In this document: one piece after another, positions 10,394 to 19,342 of the stretch
Numbering within the stretch: the stretch's first letter is position 1
Layout of the letters: each line of letters begins with the position of its first letter
Assembly (NCBI GenBank): GCA_021498095.1
Contig: JAIZWK010000001.1
Coordinates: 210,001-242,000, forward strand
Length of the DNA stretch: 32,000 bases
Source: Candidatus Harpocratesius repetitus
GTDB taxonomy: Archaea; Asgardarchaeota; Lokiarchaeia; Sigyniarchaeales; Promethearchaeaceae
Direction: 5' to 3'
Made by a program: the position numbers and the translations under genes
The notes under the pieces: model-generated
The model's database searches: none
The model's input: only the letters and a program-made list of their open reading frames with translations
Told to the model about the DNA's origin: nothing

Positions 10394-10912
10394 TTAATTC
10401 ATAGCATACTTCTTAGTCCATTCTTTAGCCTTGCTCTCAAATTTCGAATAATTATGCAATGCTTGGTCACCTGCTTCAAAATTTAATGGATCAGCAGGAT
10501 TAAAGAAAGGAGGTTCACAATGAATCTGCCCTTTCAGCGCTTCTATTACATTTGTCAGAGTCTTCGATGGGGTCCAGCCACTAGCTCCAGATTTAACATC
10601 AACCTTTCCGACAAGTTCTGGATTGATTAAATCAAGACAAATGTTGATTTTACCTGGTGGGATAGAACTATCAATGTTCGGATGCCAAATCAATGTGTGG
10701 CAATAAACGTAGCAAGGTTCAAATGGATAGTTATCACCCATCTTAATTTCAAACATAAAACTTCCACCTTCATAAGGAGTATTTGGTAATCCTTTGATTG
10801 TTAACCGTAGATGGTCGTAACTCATACCCCAAGGTTCCAGTTTGATTGTATCATCATTTTTGAAGGCTTCAACGGCTTCTGAATAATCGACTTCTTCTCT
10901 AATTTTAAACAC
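10394..10912 (-). CDS. Ubiquitin-conjugating enzyme E2 (UBC fold), eukaryote-like
   Basis: GLPNTPYEGG, YPFEP, WHPNI, catalytic ICLD (Cys codon 10637-10639), WTP, and NPADPLN...AKEWTKKYA. GTG start. Confidence 0.95.
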   Translation of the reverse strand: MFKIREEVDYSEAVEAFKNDDTIKLEPWGMSYDHLRLTIKGLPNTPYEGGSFMFEIKMGDNYPFEPCYVYCHTLIWHPNIDSSIPPGKINICLDLINPELVGKVDVKSGASGWTPSKTLTNVIEALKGQIHCEPPFFNPADPLNFEAGDQALHNYSKFESKAKEWTKKYAMN

Positions 10913-11435
10913 CTTCTCATCATGCCAAAATTTGACACTCAGATGTTGATTCGTTTAGATTACTTAATATCAAATAGTAATACTACTTACTAAATCTTTG
11001 AACTATTAAAATAATTACCTTTACCATATTTTATCAAGCGAAAAATTTTTAGGTGAGAGTTAAAAACGAATAAAAAATAAGGGTCTTTTTGCAATGTATA
11101 AGAAGGTTTTTTATTTATCTAGATGATTATTTAATAAAAAATAACTTGTCTATACTCTAATGATAAGACTTTAATTTTTTCAGATGTTCCAAAATTTTTA
11201 AAGAATTTATATTTTGAATTCTCTTTTAATTCATTTTCAATAGATGAGCGCATTTATTCAATTAGTTCTATATCCTCTCCTGTGAAAACTTCTTTACAAC
11301 GATTTGACTACTTAATGATAAAGAGAGCAAAATTAACCTGGCAATTCAACCATTCAATGATAATGATAATTTTTTACAGATCAAACTCCTATTTTTTATA
11401 ATAGAATTAAGGAAGCTGAATGTTATAAAAGAATT

Positions 11436-12815
11436 TTGTTAAAAGAATTTAAGAAAAAAGTGATGCTTAAAAAGTTGAAAAAGCCAACAATATCAAAAAA
11501 TCATAAAAAAAGAAGTAAAGATAGGAGTGAATTTATTAAAGATGGAAATTATATCACTGAATTTAATAAAGATAGAAAGGAAAATGGTAAAGAGAACCGA
11601 ATTAATACTATAGATATCTTGCGCGGATTTTCAATTATGCTAATGATTATTGCCCATGTAGGTAATTACTGGTTAATTCCCAGTGATCGATGGGCAGTGG
11701 CATTATTTTTTTTAGTGGTAAATGTCCAGGGAACAAACGGGTTTACTTATGTGGCAGGTATGGCATTTGGGTATGCATGGAAAAGAAATCAAAATTTTTG
11801 GAAGATAAATCAAAAAGAAAAACATCAAAATACGAAAAATAGAACCCGACCATTGAAGCATACCATTATCTTGCTTGGATTAAGTGTTATATTTAATATT
11901 TTTGCAGCTTTTTTTCGTAAAGATTCACTCTGGTTTGAATACATTTGGTATTGGAACATCCTTCAAACAATTTCGGTTAGTCGGTTATTAGGAGAGCTAA
12001 TAATGCGTTGGTCAAAATACATACGTGGAGCATTTGCTGTAGCATTGATTTTCAGTGGTTCGTTTCTAATTCGTTGGATCGCACCTAACATGAATCCACC
12101 TGATTTAGTCTCTCCTATATCAGCAGAAAATCTTTCCATTCGACAACTAATATATTTAATTTTTTATAACCCTCTATATTCTAATGGAATAATAACTTTC
12201 TTTCCCTATTTTATCGTTGGCACAATTTTTGGTGAATTTATTTACACTTATCAGAAAATAACCTCTTTTCATATAACTGCCGAGAATCAACCTTACAAGC
12301 GGAAGTTGTATTTTTCATGCAGTTATGGAATTGGTGTGATATTGTTCAGTTTTGGGATATTATTTGGTCTTCAAACTGTTCCAAATGATTATGGTTGGCA
12401 CTTACTTGATCAAATTAATCTTCATCCTGCGATAGAATGGAAAGGATTGCCATTATTCTTAATTGCTAATACATGGCAGTGGCAGCTATACAGTATTGGA
12501 TTCGAGATTCTCTTCACAACATCATTATTAAGTCAAATTGATTTTCTTAATTTTAAACGGATGAATACATCAAAAAGAAAAAGGAAAATCTCAATTTGGC
12601 ATTTATGGCGAAATTATGGAAGATACAGCCTTTCAATTTATTTTTGGCATTATATTTTTCTATTTATGCCGTGGTTTCAAACTAAATTTCCTGCTACATG
12701 GATTGGAATTCCTTTATTATTCTTTTTAGTGATAATTTCAGGTTTTGTAAAGCTGTTTTCAACTAAAAAAGGAAGAAAAATGTCAATAGAATATTGGATT
12801 TCAAGAATTCATTGA
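11436..12815 (+). CDS. DUF1624 / HGSNAT-like transmembrane acyltransferase
   Basis: RINTIDILRGFSIMLMIIAH signature, WNILQTI, multiple TM segments, and GRYSLSIYFWH near the C-terminus. The start may be ATG at 11463. Confidence 0.75.
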   Translation: MLKEFKKKVMLKKLKKPTISKNHKKRSKDRSEFIKDGNYITEFNKDRKENGKENRINTIDILRGFSIMLMIIAHVGNYWLIPSDRWAVALFFLVVNVQGTNGFTYVAGMAFGYAWKRNQNFWKINQKEKHQNTKNRTRPLKHTIILLGLSVIFNIFAAFFRKDSLWFEYIWYWNILQTISVSRLLGELIMRWSKYIRGAFAVALIFSGSFLIRWIAPNMNPPDLVSPISAENLSIRQLIYLIFYNPLYSNGIITFFPYFIVGTIFGEFIYTYQKITSFHITAENQPYKRKLYFSCSYGIGVILFSFGILFGLQTVPNDYGWHLLDQINLHPAIEWKGLPLFLIANTWQWQLYSIGFEILFTTSLLSQIDFLNFKRMNTSKRKRKISIWHLWRNYGRYSLSIYFWHYIFLFMPWFQTKFPATWIGIPLLFFLVIISGFVKLFSTKKGRKMSIEYWISRIH

Positions 12816-12891
12816 AAATCATTGGAGAAAAATGTCAAATTAATAAAAATAGTAGAATGAATAATAAGAATGATTAATTATATCTTTTTTA

Positions 12892-13164
12892 TTAATGCGA
12901 CTTTTGCTTTTCCAACTGTTCGATTTCATGTAATATTTTTTGTTCTTCTTCAGTACTTAAAGAGCCTTCCATCACTCGACGTTCTAATATTGCAATTTTC
13001 TTATCTATCTGAGCAACATTGACAGAATGATGGGATTTAGAACGGCGTTTACTTGATTCATGAAAATTTCTTTTTCCCTTTTTTTTATTAGGATTTTTAG
13101 GAGAATCATTAAAAAGCGCCCGTGCTTCTTCAAGAGACATTTTTTTACGTTTCTGTGGAGCCAT
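12892..13164 (-). CDS. Small basic hypothetical protein with a C-terminal helical hairpin or coiled coil
   Basis: ATG-initiated ORF between genes; Lys/Arg-rich N-terminal half and amphipathic C-terminal half. Confidence 0.65.
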   Translation of the reverse strand: MAPQKRKKMSLEEARALFNDSPKNPNKKKGKRNFHESSKRRSKSHHSVNVAQIDKKIAILERRVMEGSLSTEEEQKILHEIEQLEKQKSH

Positions 13165-13310
13165 GATTACTGAGCTTTCCGTTAAAGATAAGGAAACTAA
13201 CCTTACAAAATTTAAAAAAATTCCTCTTTCTTATGGAATAAGTTGAAATATTGCAAATATTGCAAAAATTATTATTTATATGAGTACTTTCTTTAAGTTG
13301 AGCAGAACTC

Positions 13311-15782
13311 ATGAAATTCTCTTTTGCTAAATATTTAATTGGAATTGGCATTCTTTTTCTGATAAGTACCGTTGGAGCTTTAACAATTTTTCGTGAAGGA
13401 TATCTCCGGTTGGAAGATCAAATCGATTCATCTGCTCAATATATAGATGATCCTACAATTTATTCTATGAAAAAAGACGGTGATATGCTTTTTGTTGTAG
13501 AAGGATCAATGGGATTAGAGATATTAAATATTTCAAGTTATGATCAACCAAAAAAAATATCTCATTTTTCATATGATCGTGGTTTTAATTTCTTAGCGGT
13601 TAATGATACATATCTATATTTAATTAATGATTTAAATCAGATAGTTATTTTAAATGCATCAAATCCAAAAAATCCTGAATATATTACTACTTATTCTCCA
13701 TTATTTACGTCGTTTGATCGTATTTATATTTCAGGTGAAAATGGAATTGCTTTAACTGACAAAGGAACAATAGTAATAATAGATTTTTCGGATTTTTCAT
13801 CTATAACTGAACATAATTTCTTAAAAACTAGCGAAAAATTTGATGAAATAGTGATTTTGAATAATTTATTAATTGGATTACAAGAAGAAGCAGGGATTTC
13901 AATATTTAATATTAGTTCTTTTGATTCTGTTCAAAAACTAAGTGAAATCAATGGAACCTTTTCAAATTTCAAAGAACTAGTTGGACTACCAAAAGAGAAT
14001 TTACTTTGTCTTTGTGTAGATACGGATTTTCTGATATACAATTTGAAAGATCCTATAAATTCTCAATTAATCTTTAATATATCTAATTCTGATGATTTAT
14101 CCATTTTCTCGCAGATTCAGGCGACTTCTAACAAAATTTTCTTTGTTAATCAATCTGATGGTGGAATTTGGAGTGCAAACATTACAGATTTACTGAACGA
14201 AAAAGAGAAATCATTCTTTAGATTCTATGCTCATATTCCAATTGAAAAAAATAGTATTCAATTCTTTGAAAATTTGTTAATTTTTTACAATCCAAAAGAA
14301 ATGAGTATCGATCTTATATCATTTGATGAAGATTTCCCTTTTAATTTTCAACATTATAATTCAATTTATTTAGGATTTGGTCAAGTAAATGATATTTTTT
14401 TATCAAATTCTTTAATAGTTTATTCAGAAGGAAATAAAGGAATTAAAATTGCCAATTTTTCTGATGAAACTTCATTAAAAGAAATAAGTAATTTTACAAA
14501 TTTAGGTTTTTATACTCAGCTTTTTCAATATGATAATTATATTTTTGCTCAAAATTCTTATAATACTTTAGAAATTATTGATATTTCAAATATATCTCAC
14601 CCAATTCTCAAGCAAACAATTACGATTCCAGCAGATAAAATAATAGATATTGTCTTTTTTCAATCATGGGCTTTTTTTTCTACAGGTTATGATGGAATTT
14701 TTATTTATAACATATCAATTCCTGAATCACCTCAATTATGGCGCAATATTAGCACAATAGGTGCAATTTTTGATTTAGAGATTGAAAAAAACTATCTTTT
14801 TGCTGCAGCTGGGGATTTAGGCATAAAAATATTTGAGATAAAAAGTATTAATAACATTTCTCAAGTTGCGGTTTATACTGATAATAATTGTAAAAAAGGA
14901 GTTACTAATCTGCTACTAGTGAATAATTATATTTTTGCTTATGGTACGTTTTCAGGAATAATTATCATTGATGTAAATCACCCTATAAATCCTGTATATC
15001 TGAATTATTACGATCCAGGATATGGATATGTTTCTTGTATTTCAGTTGAAAAAGGATCAGCTTACATTGGATATGAGACAGGGAATGTAGAATTCGTGAA
15101 TATAACAATGATTAATGATATCCATTCCATAAAAGTTTTTAAAACAAAAGATCATGTCTTATCTGTTTTAATATTACCAGATTATATTATAGTAGCGAAT
15201 AATTACCATGGATTATTACTTCTTCGAAGATCTTTTACTTATTCTCCTTCTCTAATTGGAAGTATTATAATTTCAATCACATTTAGTATTGGAATGATCA
15301 TGATGTCAATTGGAATGTTTATTCTCTACCGAACTCGGGATTTGCGCTTCAAGTTAGATGAATTAATGAAAAACTATCGATATTCTCTTCATGGAATTCC
15401 TCGTGAACGTTTACTAGAAGTATGCCGTATTATTATTCCATTTCTGGATAAATTTGAATTCACGAAATATAGTATGGATATAATTATGGAAATTGATCAA
15501 ATTATTCAAGGTGGAGTTATTGAAGAAGAAAACAACCCAGATCTTAGTGAAAAATTAGATAATTTATACAGATATTATGAAGATTCCACTTTATTATTGG
15601 CTAGTCAAATTTGTCAGGGAAAAGATTTATCTGAAAAGGAAATGGAAAGGATTTTACATGAAGGTAGTTTTCAAGAGCGCCAAATCTTGGAGAATGTACT
15701 CCCATCCCATCATTTTTTGATTTATGGTTTGAATCGAAAATTAAAAATAACAAATCGCGAAGGTTTTGACATTTTTCGCTAA
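13311..15782 (+). CDS. LVIVD-repeat (beta-propeller) single-pass membrane protein with a ~150-aa cytoplasmic tail
   Basis: N-terminal signal, recurring GLEILNISS..P / LEIIDISNISHP / GIIIIDVNHPINP units, a TM at about aa 650-675, then a helical tail. Confidence 0.8.
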   Translation: MKFSFAKYLIGIGILFLISTVGALTIFREGYLRLEDQIDSSAQYIDDPTIYSMKKDGDMLFVVEGSMGLEILNISSYDQPKKISHFSYDRGFNFLAVNDTYLYLINDLNQIVILNASNPKNPEYITTYSPLFTSFDRIYISGENGIALTDKGTIVIIDFSDFSSITEHNFLKTSEKFDEIVILNNLLIGLQEEAGISIFNISSFDSVQKLSEINGTFSNFKELVGLPKENLLCLCVDTDFLIYNLKDPINSQLIFNISNSDDLSIFSQIQATSNKIFFVNQSDGGIWSANITDLLNEKEKSFFRFYAHIPIEKNSIQFFENLLIFYNPKEMSIDLISFDEDFPFNFQHYNSIYLGFGQVNDIFLSNSLIVYSEGNKGIKIANFSDETSLKEISNFTNLGFYTQLFQYDNYIFAQNSYNTLEIIDISNISHPILKQTITIPADKIIDIVFFQSWAFFSTGYDGIFIYNISIPESPQLWRNISTIGAIFDLEIEKNYLFAAAGDLGIKIFEIKSINNISQVAVYTDNNCKKGVTNLLLVNNYIFAYGTFSGIIIIDVNHPINPVYLNYYDPGYGYVSCISVEKGSAYIGYETGNVEFVNITMINDIHSIKVFKTKDHVLSVLILPDYIIVANNYHGLLLLRRSFTYSPSLIGSIIISITFSIGMIMMSIGMFILYRTRDLRFKLDELMKNYRYSLHGIPRERLLEVCRIIIPFLDKFEFTKYSMDIIMEIDQIIQGGVIEEENNPDLSEKLDNLYRYYEDSTLLLASQICQGKDLSEKEMERILHEGSFQERQILENVLPSHHFLIYGLNRKLKITNREGFDIFR

Positions 15783-15913
15783 TCTTAAGCATATTTGGAA
15801 TTAAAACATGAATTTTTATTTAGAAAAATAAACAATATTTGATTAGAATAAAAAATTATTTGATATAATTAGTCAGATAATTAACATTTTACTAGTATAT
15901 AACATGAATTCAC

Positions 15914-15919
15914 AGGTGA
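15914..15919 (+). promoter_or_regulatory. Shine-Dalgarno-like AGGTGA
   Basis: Archaeal-type SD sequence 5 nt upstream of the ATG at 15925. Confidence 0.6.
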
Positions 15920-15924
15920 AATAA

Positions 15925-17625
15925 ATGGAAGTGAAACGCTCCAATCGATTTGCAACAATTGATTTCTTACGCGGTATCGCCATTTGGATGATGCTTCTAC
16001 TTCATCTATTAATGAGGGTCTATGATAGATCATGGGTCGATGATCCAGCTCAAATGGCGCAAGCGCGCGTAATAGTCATTGTAATTTTAGTTTTTGCATT
16101 ATATTTAGGCGGATGGTGTGGATTTTTTTTACTTATTTCGTCCATTGGAAATATGATCTCTATGCAGAAGCAACTAGCTCGGGGTAAAACAGTAAGTGAA
16201 CTGGTGCTCAAACAAGTAATTGGTGGTTTTATTCTTTTAATTTTTGCATTTTTAACTGAATCCATAATTGGTTATCATGCTTGGTTAGGAGAATTACCTT
16301 GGGGGACAGAACCTTTGGTTGATCATCTTCATAGAGCGTTTCATATGGAAACCATTCATACAGTTGCATGGTGTGTTATAATTAATGGAATCGTTCAAGG
16401 TTTACTTTCGATAAATGGAGGTTATAAGAAGATTAAGCGTAATATGATTATTTACGGTATTTTATCAATTATAATCATTGTAGTTACTCCTTTAGTATGG
16501 GATTTCGCTGCTCAAGTCATTCCGGGATATCCATTTGCGCAACCAGATGGACGACCATATATAGTCCAATATCCTGTAATTGGACAGAGTACGTTAGGAG
16601 AATATATTAAATTATTCTTCTTATTACCATTGGCGGGTCATCCAGAACCAATTTTTCCATTTTTATCAGTTTCTTTTATTGGTAGTATTATTGGGCTATT
16701 GTTAACAGAAGAACATCCTTCGGTGAAAATGTTATATTATGGTATGATAATAAGTGGATCGGCAGTCTTAATTGGACTTGGAGGCACAGGTTATGCAATA
16801 GCTATGGGACAACAAGGAATAGGTAATTTTCTCGGCAATACATGGAATATCCCAGGGTTAGATTCATGGTTTTGGTGGTTTTTAACTTTGACCGGAAGTC
16901 AAGTTTTTAGCACGTTGATAATTCTCCGGATGATAGAATTTCGAGGGAAAGCAGTTCCTTTTGCAAAGAAAACAACATATTTCCGTAGATTTGGCTTAAT
17001 TGCATTTTCTGTATATAATTTTCAATTTATTGATTTTATCCCACGATATATACTCACTAAAATAACTGGAATTGATGCATTACATTCTAGAGTTAATGGA
17101 AACTTAAGTTTGATTTTAATGGTTGGTGTTTTTCTAACTTGGGCTGTAGTAATGTGGTTATGGGAAAAAGTAAATTATATTGGTGGTATGGAATGGATGA
17201 TTTCAGTAATTGCAAAATTAATATTACCTAAAAAAGAAAAAACAAAAATTATCAAAGCTTCTTTAGAAACTGATGGAGAAATTAACTCAAAAAATCAAAA
17301 GAAAGTCAGTAAAACACCATGGTGGAAAACTGATAGAATCAACATACAAGGAACTTTATACGATGCAAATTTTATAAACATTATCCCACCAGAAAAAGTT
17401 GATCATAAAAATTTGAAGGATTCGAAATTAGCATTTCAAATTTCGCTTCTCAGCCCTTTTCTTTTGATTGGGAGTATTTTTGCCTTAGATATTGCGATTG
17501 AATCTATTGCCGTAGAAGGTAAAAATAAGTATAATAAATGGGCGATCGGATTATCTATCTTAGGTATTATAATTTTTATTGCAGGGTTCATTTTTCTAAC
17601 GTTCATGTCTGGATTGGCTCTATAG
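15925..17625 (+). CDS. Second DUF1624 / HGSNAT-like transmembrane acyltransferase, with a C-terminal two-TM (DUF4190-like) extension
   Basis: RFATIDFLRGIAIWMMLLLH signature, HMETIHTVAW, PIFPFLS and FGLIAFSVYNFQ; C-terminal SIFALDIAIESIAVEGKNKYNKWAIGLSILGII. Confidence 0.72.
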   Translation: MEVKRSNRFATIDFLRGIAIWMMLLLHLLMRVYDRSWVDDPAQMAQARVIVIVILVFALYLGGWCGFFLLISSIGNMISMQKQLARGKTVSELVLKQVIGGFILLIFAFLTESIIGYHAWLGELPWGTEPLVDHLHRAFHMETIHTVAWCVIINGIVQGLLSINGGYKKIKRNMIIYGILSIIIIVVTPLVWDFAAQVIPGYPFAQPDGRPYIVQYPVIGQSTLGEYIKLFFLLPLAGHPEPIFPFLSVSFIGSIIGLLLTEEHPSVKMLYYGMIISGSAVLIGLGGTGYAIAMGQQGIGNFLGNTWNIPGLDSWFWWFLTLTGSQVFSTLIILRMIEFRGKAVPFAKKTTYFRRFGLIAFSVYNFQFIDFIPRYILTKITGIDALHSRVNGNLSLILMVGVFLTWAVVMWLWEKVNYIGGMEWMISVIAKLILPKKEKTKIIKASLETDGEINSKNQKKVSKTPWWKTDRINIQGTLYDANFINIIPPEKVDHKNLKDSKLAFQISLLSPFLLIGSIFALDIAIESIAVEGKNKYNKWAIGLSILGIIIFIAGFIFLTFMSGLAL

Positions 17626-17801
17626 TTATAGAATCTTAAATAAAGAGAATTACAATTTTTTATGCTTTTTTTTCTATAATAATAACTTTTTGAACTTTCC
17701 ATACTATATTCTTTTTATTAATCATTTCTTTGAAAGGATTTAATGAAAATAAATAGGTGTTGGGTTAATTGCGGGACAGTTGTGAAAAAACAATTAATTT
17801 A

Positions 17802-19070
17802 ATGAAGTATCGAGTAATAGTATGCAAATATAATGAATTAGGCTTGAAATCTTCAACATATCAAACCCAACTGCTCAATATATTGATGGATTCAATTAAA
17901 AAGATATGTAAAAGAGAACATCTTACATTACAATCAATAATTAGTTTACCCGGTAGAATTTTATGTTTTTTTCCTTCTCAAGAGATTATTAAAGCATTAT
18001 TAATATTTAAATATATTATTGGAATTCAAGTATTTGCTCCAGCTATCACTTCACCTCGAAAATTGGAGATACTTTCGCAAAAATGTGTAGATTATCTTTC
18101 ATTATTATATCAAATTCATCCCTTTTCGAGTGTTACTTTAGTACTTAAAGGAAATAAAAATCTTATCAACGAATACAACTCATTTTCAACTGAATTGAAA
18201 CAGATTATTGATATTAATTGTCAAAATGCCAAACTACCTATCAATTTTACAGAAAGTTCCCCAGATATTACCTTAAGAGTAGAATTTAGGAAAAAAGGTA
18301 CATATCTGTATCACCTTGAATATCCAACGCATTTTGCAGGATTTCCCATTGAATCAAAAAAAGTATTTCTTTTACCATGGACGAATTCTCCGGATGAATT
18401 TCTCGCAGGTATGTTAATGGTAAGAAGGGGTTCAATTGTTATTCCAATTTCAATCATTCAGACAGATAATTACTCTGATAATAAAAGTAAAAAAAAAGAT
18501 TTAAAAAATGAAAGAAATTTATTAACTGAAATTGCGAAATATTATGCTGATCCTTTACCTTGGATAAAAATATCTCAAAATGAATTAAATAATATCAGTA
18601 ATGACTTTGCTCAATCAAGAAACGAAGTGTGGCTGAAAGTTTTGGAAAAATTGTGCATTCTAAGTATAGAACGCGCCTTTATCCATATGGGAAACCGTAA
18701 GCTTCATTTTAAGGGAATAATAGTGCCGAATTCTTTTGAATCAAGAATATTCAGAAAAGAAAATTTGAAGATCCCAGTTTTCTATCCTTTAATAGGCTTT
18801 TCTTTTGGATTTATTCAAAGAATAATGGAGGAATATGAACATGATCCATGGAATTTTTCATTTCATAGATTTATTTCACAAAAATCTTGGGAATCACCAT
18901 CTTTTCTATTGAGGGAAAATAAAAAATTAATAAATCCACAAAAAAAAGCCGAATTACAGTTTTCTGCTCAAAAATCTAATGTAGAAATAAATGATTCAAT
19001 AATTTTAAAAATTAAATCAAATTTGAGGGTTAATTTCATTATTGAGGAGATATTGGAAAGCTTTAATTGA
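17802..19070 (+). CDS. THUMP-domain ThiI-like protein with a degenerate PP-loop (probable pseudoenzyme)
   Basis: N-terminal VIVCKYNELGLKS (ThiI consensus IVRYGEIGLKG), a THUMP region, GFP...LMVRRG and PVFYPLIG, but SGGxDS is replaced by TNSPDE. ATG at 17802 is in frame with the track ORF starting at 17769. Confidence 0.7.
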   Translation: MKYRVIVCKYNELGLKSSTYQTQLLNILMDSIKKICKREHLTLQSIISLPGRILCFFPSQEIIKALLIFKYIIGIQVFAPAITSPRKLEILSQKCVDYLSLLYQIHPFSSVTLVLKGNKNLINEYNSFSTELKQIIDINCQNAKLPINFTESSPDITLRVEFRKKGTYLYHLEYPTHFAGFPIESKKVFLLPWTNSPDEFLAGMLMVRRGSIVIPISIIQTDNYSDNKSKKKDLKNERNLLTEIAKYYADPLPWIKISQNELNNISNDFAQSRNEVWLKVLEKLCILSIERAFIHMGNRKLHFKGIIVPNSFESRIFRKENLKIPVFYPLIGFSFGFIQRIMEEYEHDPWNFSFHRFISQKSWESPSFLLRENKKLINPQKKAELQFSAQKSNVEINDSIILKIKSNLRVNFIIEEILESFN

Positions 19071-19342
19071 TGATAAATTGATGCAAGAGGTTTTTTGAAT
19101 AATTATACAATATCTATTTACTATCTATAAATTTTACTTTCTATTAAAAACCTAAGAAATTTTGTATCTTTTTTCATTGATAGTCAAGATATCCGAAATT
19201 TCCACCATTCTTCTAAAGAATAGAAACTATTTTATATTTTCAATTATTATTACTAAAGATTCACTTTTGGGCCAAACAAGCATTTATAGGTTAGAATCTT
19301 TGATAGTCTTCTTGACCTTTTTTGGGTTATGGAGTTGAAAAA

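Noticed and set aside
10394-10912. E2 as part of a CBASS or bacterial ubiquitin-like defence operon
   Set aside because: There is no neighbouring cyclase, E1, JAB or Ubl gene, and the sequence closely follows eukaryotic UBCs through to the C-terminal EWTKKYA.
10822-10923. Out-of-frame ATG-ATG just upstream of the E2 GTG start (MMRRCLKLEKK..., 33 aa), suggesting a frameshifted N-terminus
   Set aside because: The GTG frame already gives a plausible complete N-terminal helix, and there is no slippery site or other support.
11131-11401. About 90 stop-free codons on the plus strand in the E2/acyltransferase intergenic region
   Set aside because: There is no suitable upstream ATG and no recognisable motif; this is probably a chance open frame.
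13251-13265. TTGCAA-N3-TTGCAA in a divergent promoter region
   Set aside because: It is short, AT-rich and seen only once, so it cannot be distinguished from chance.
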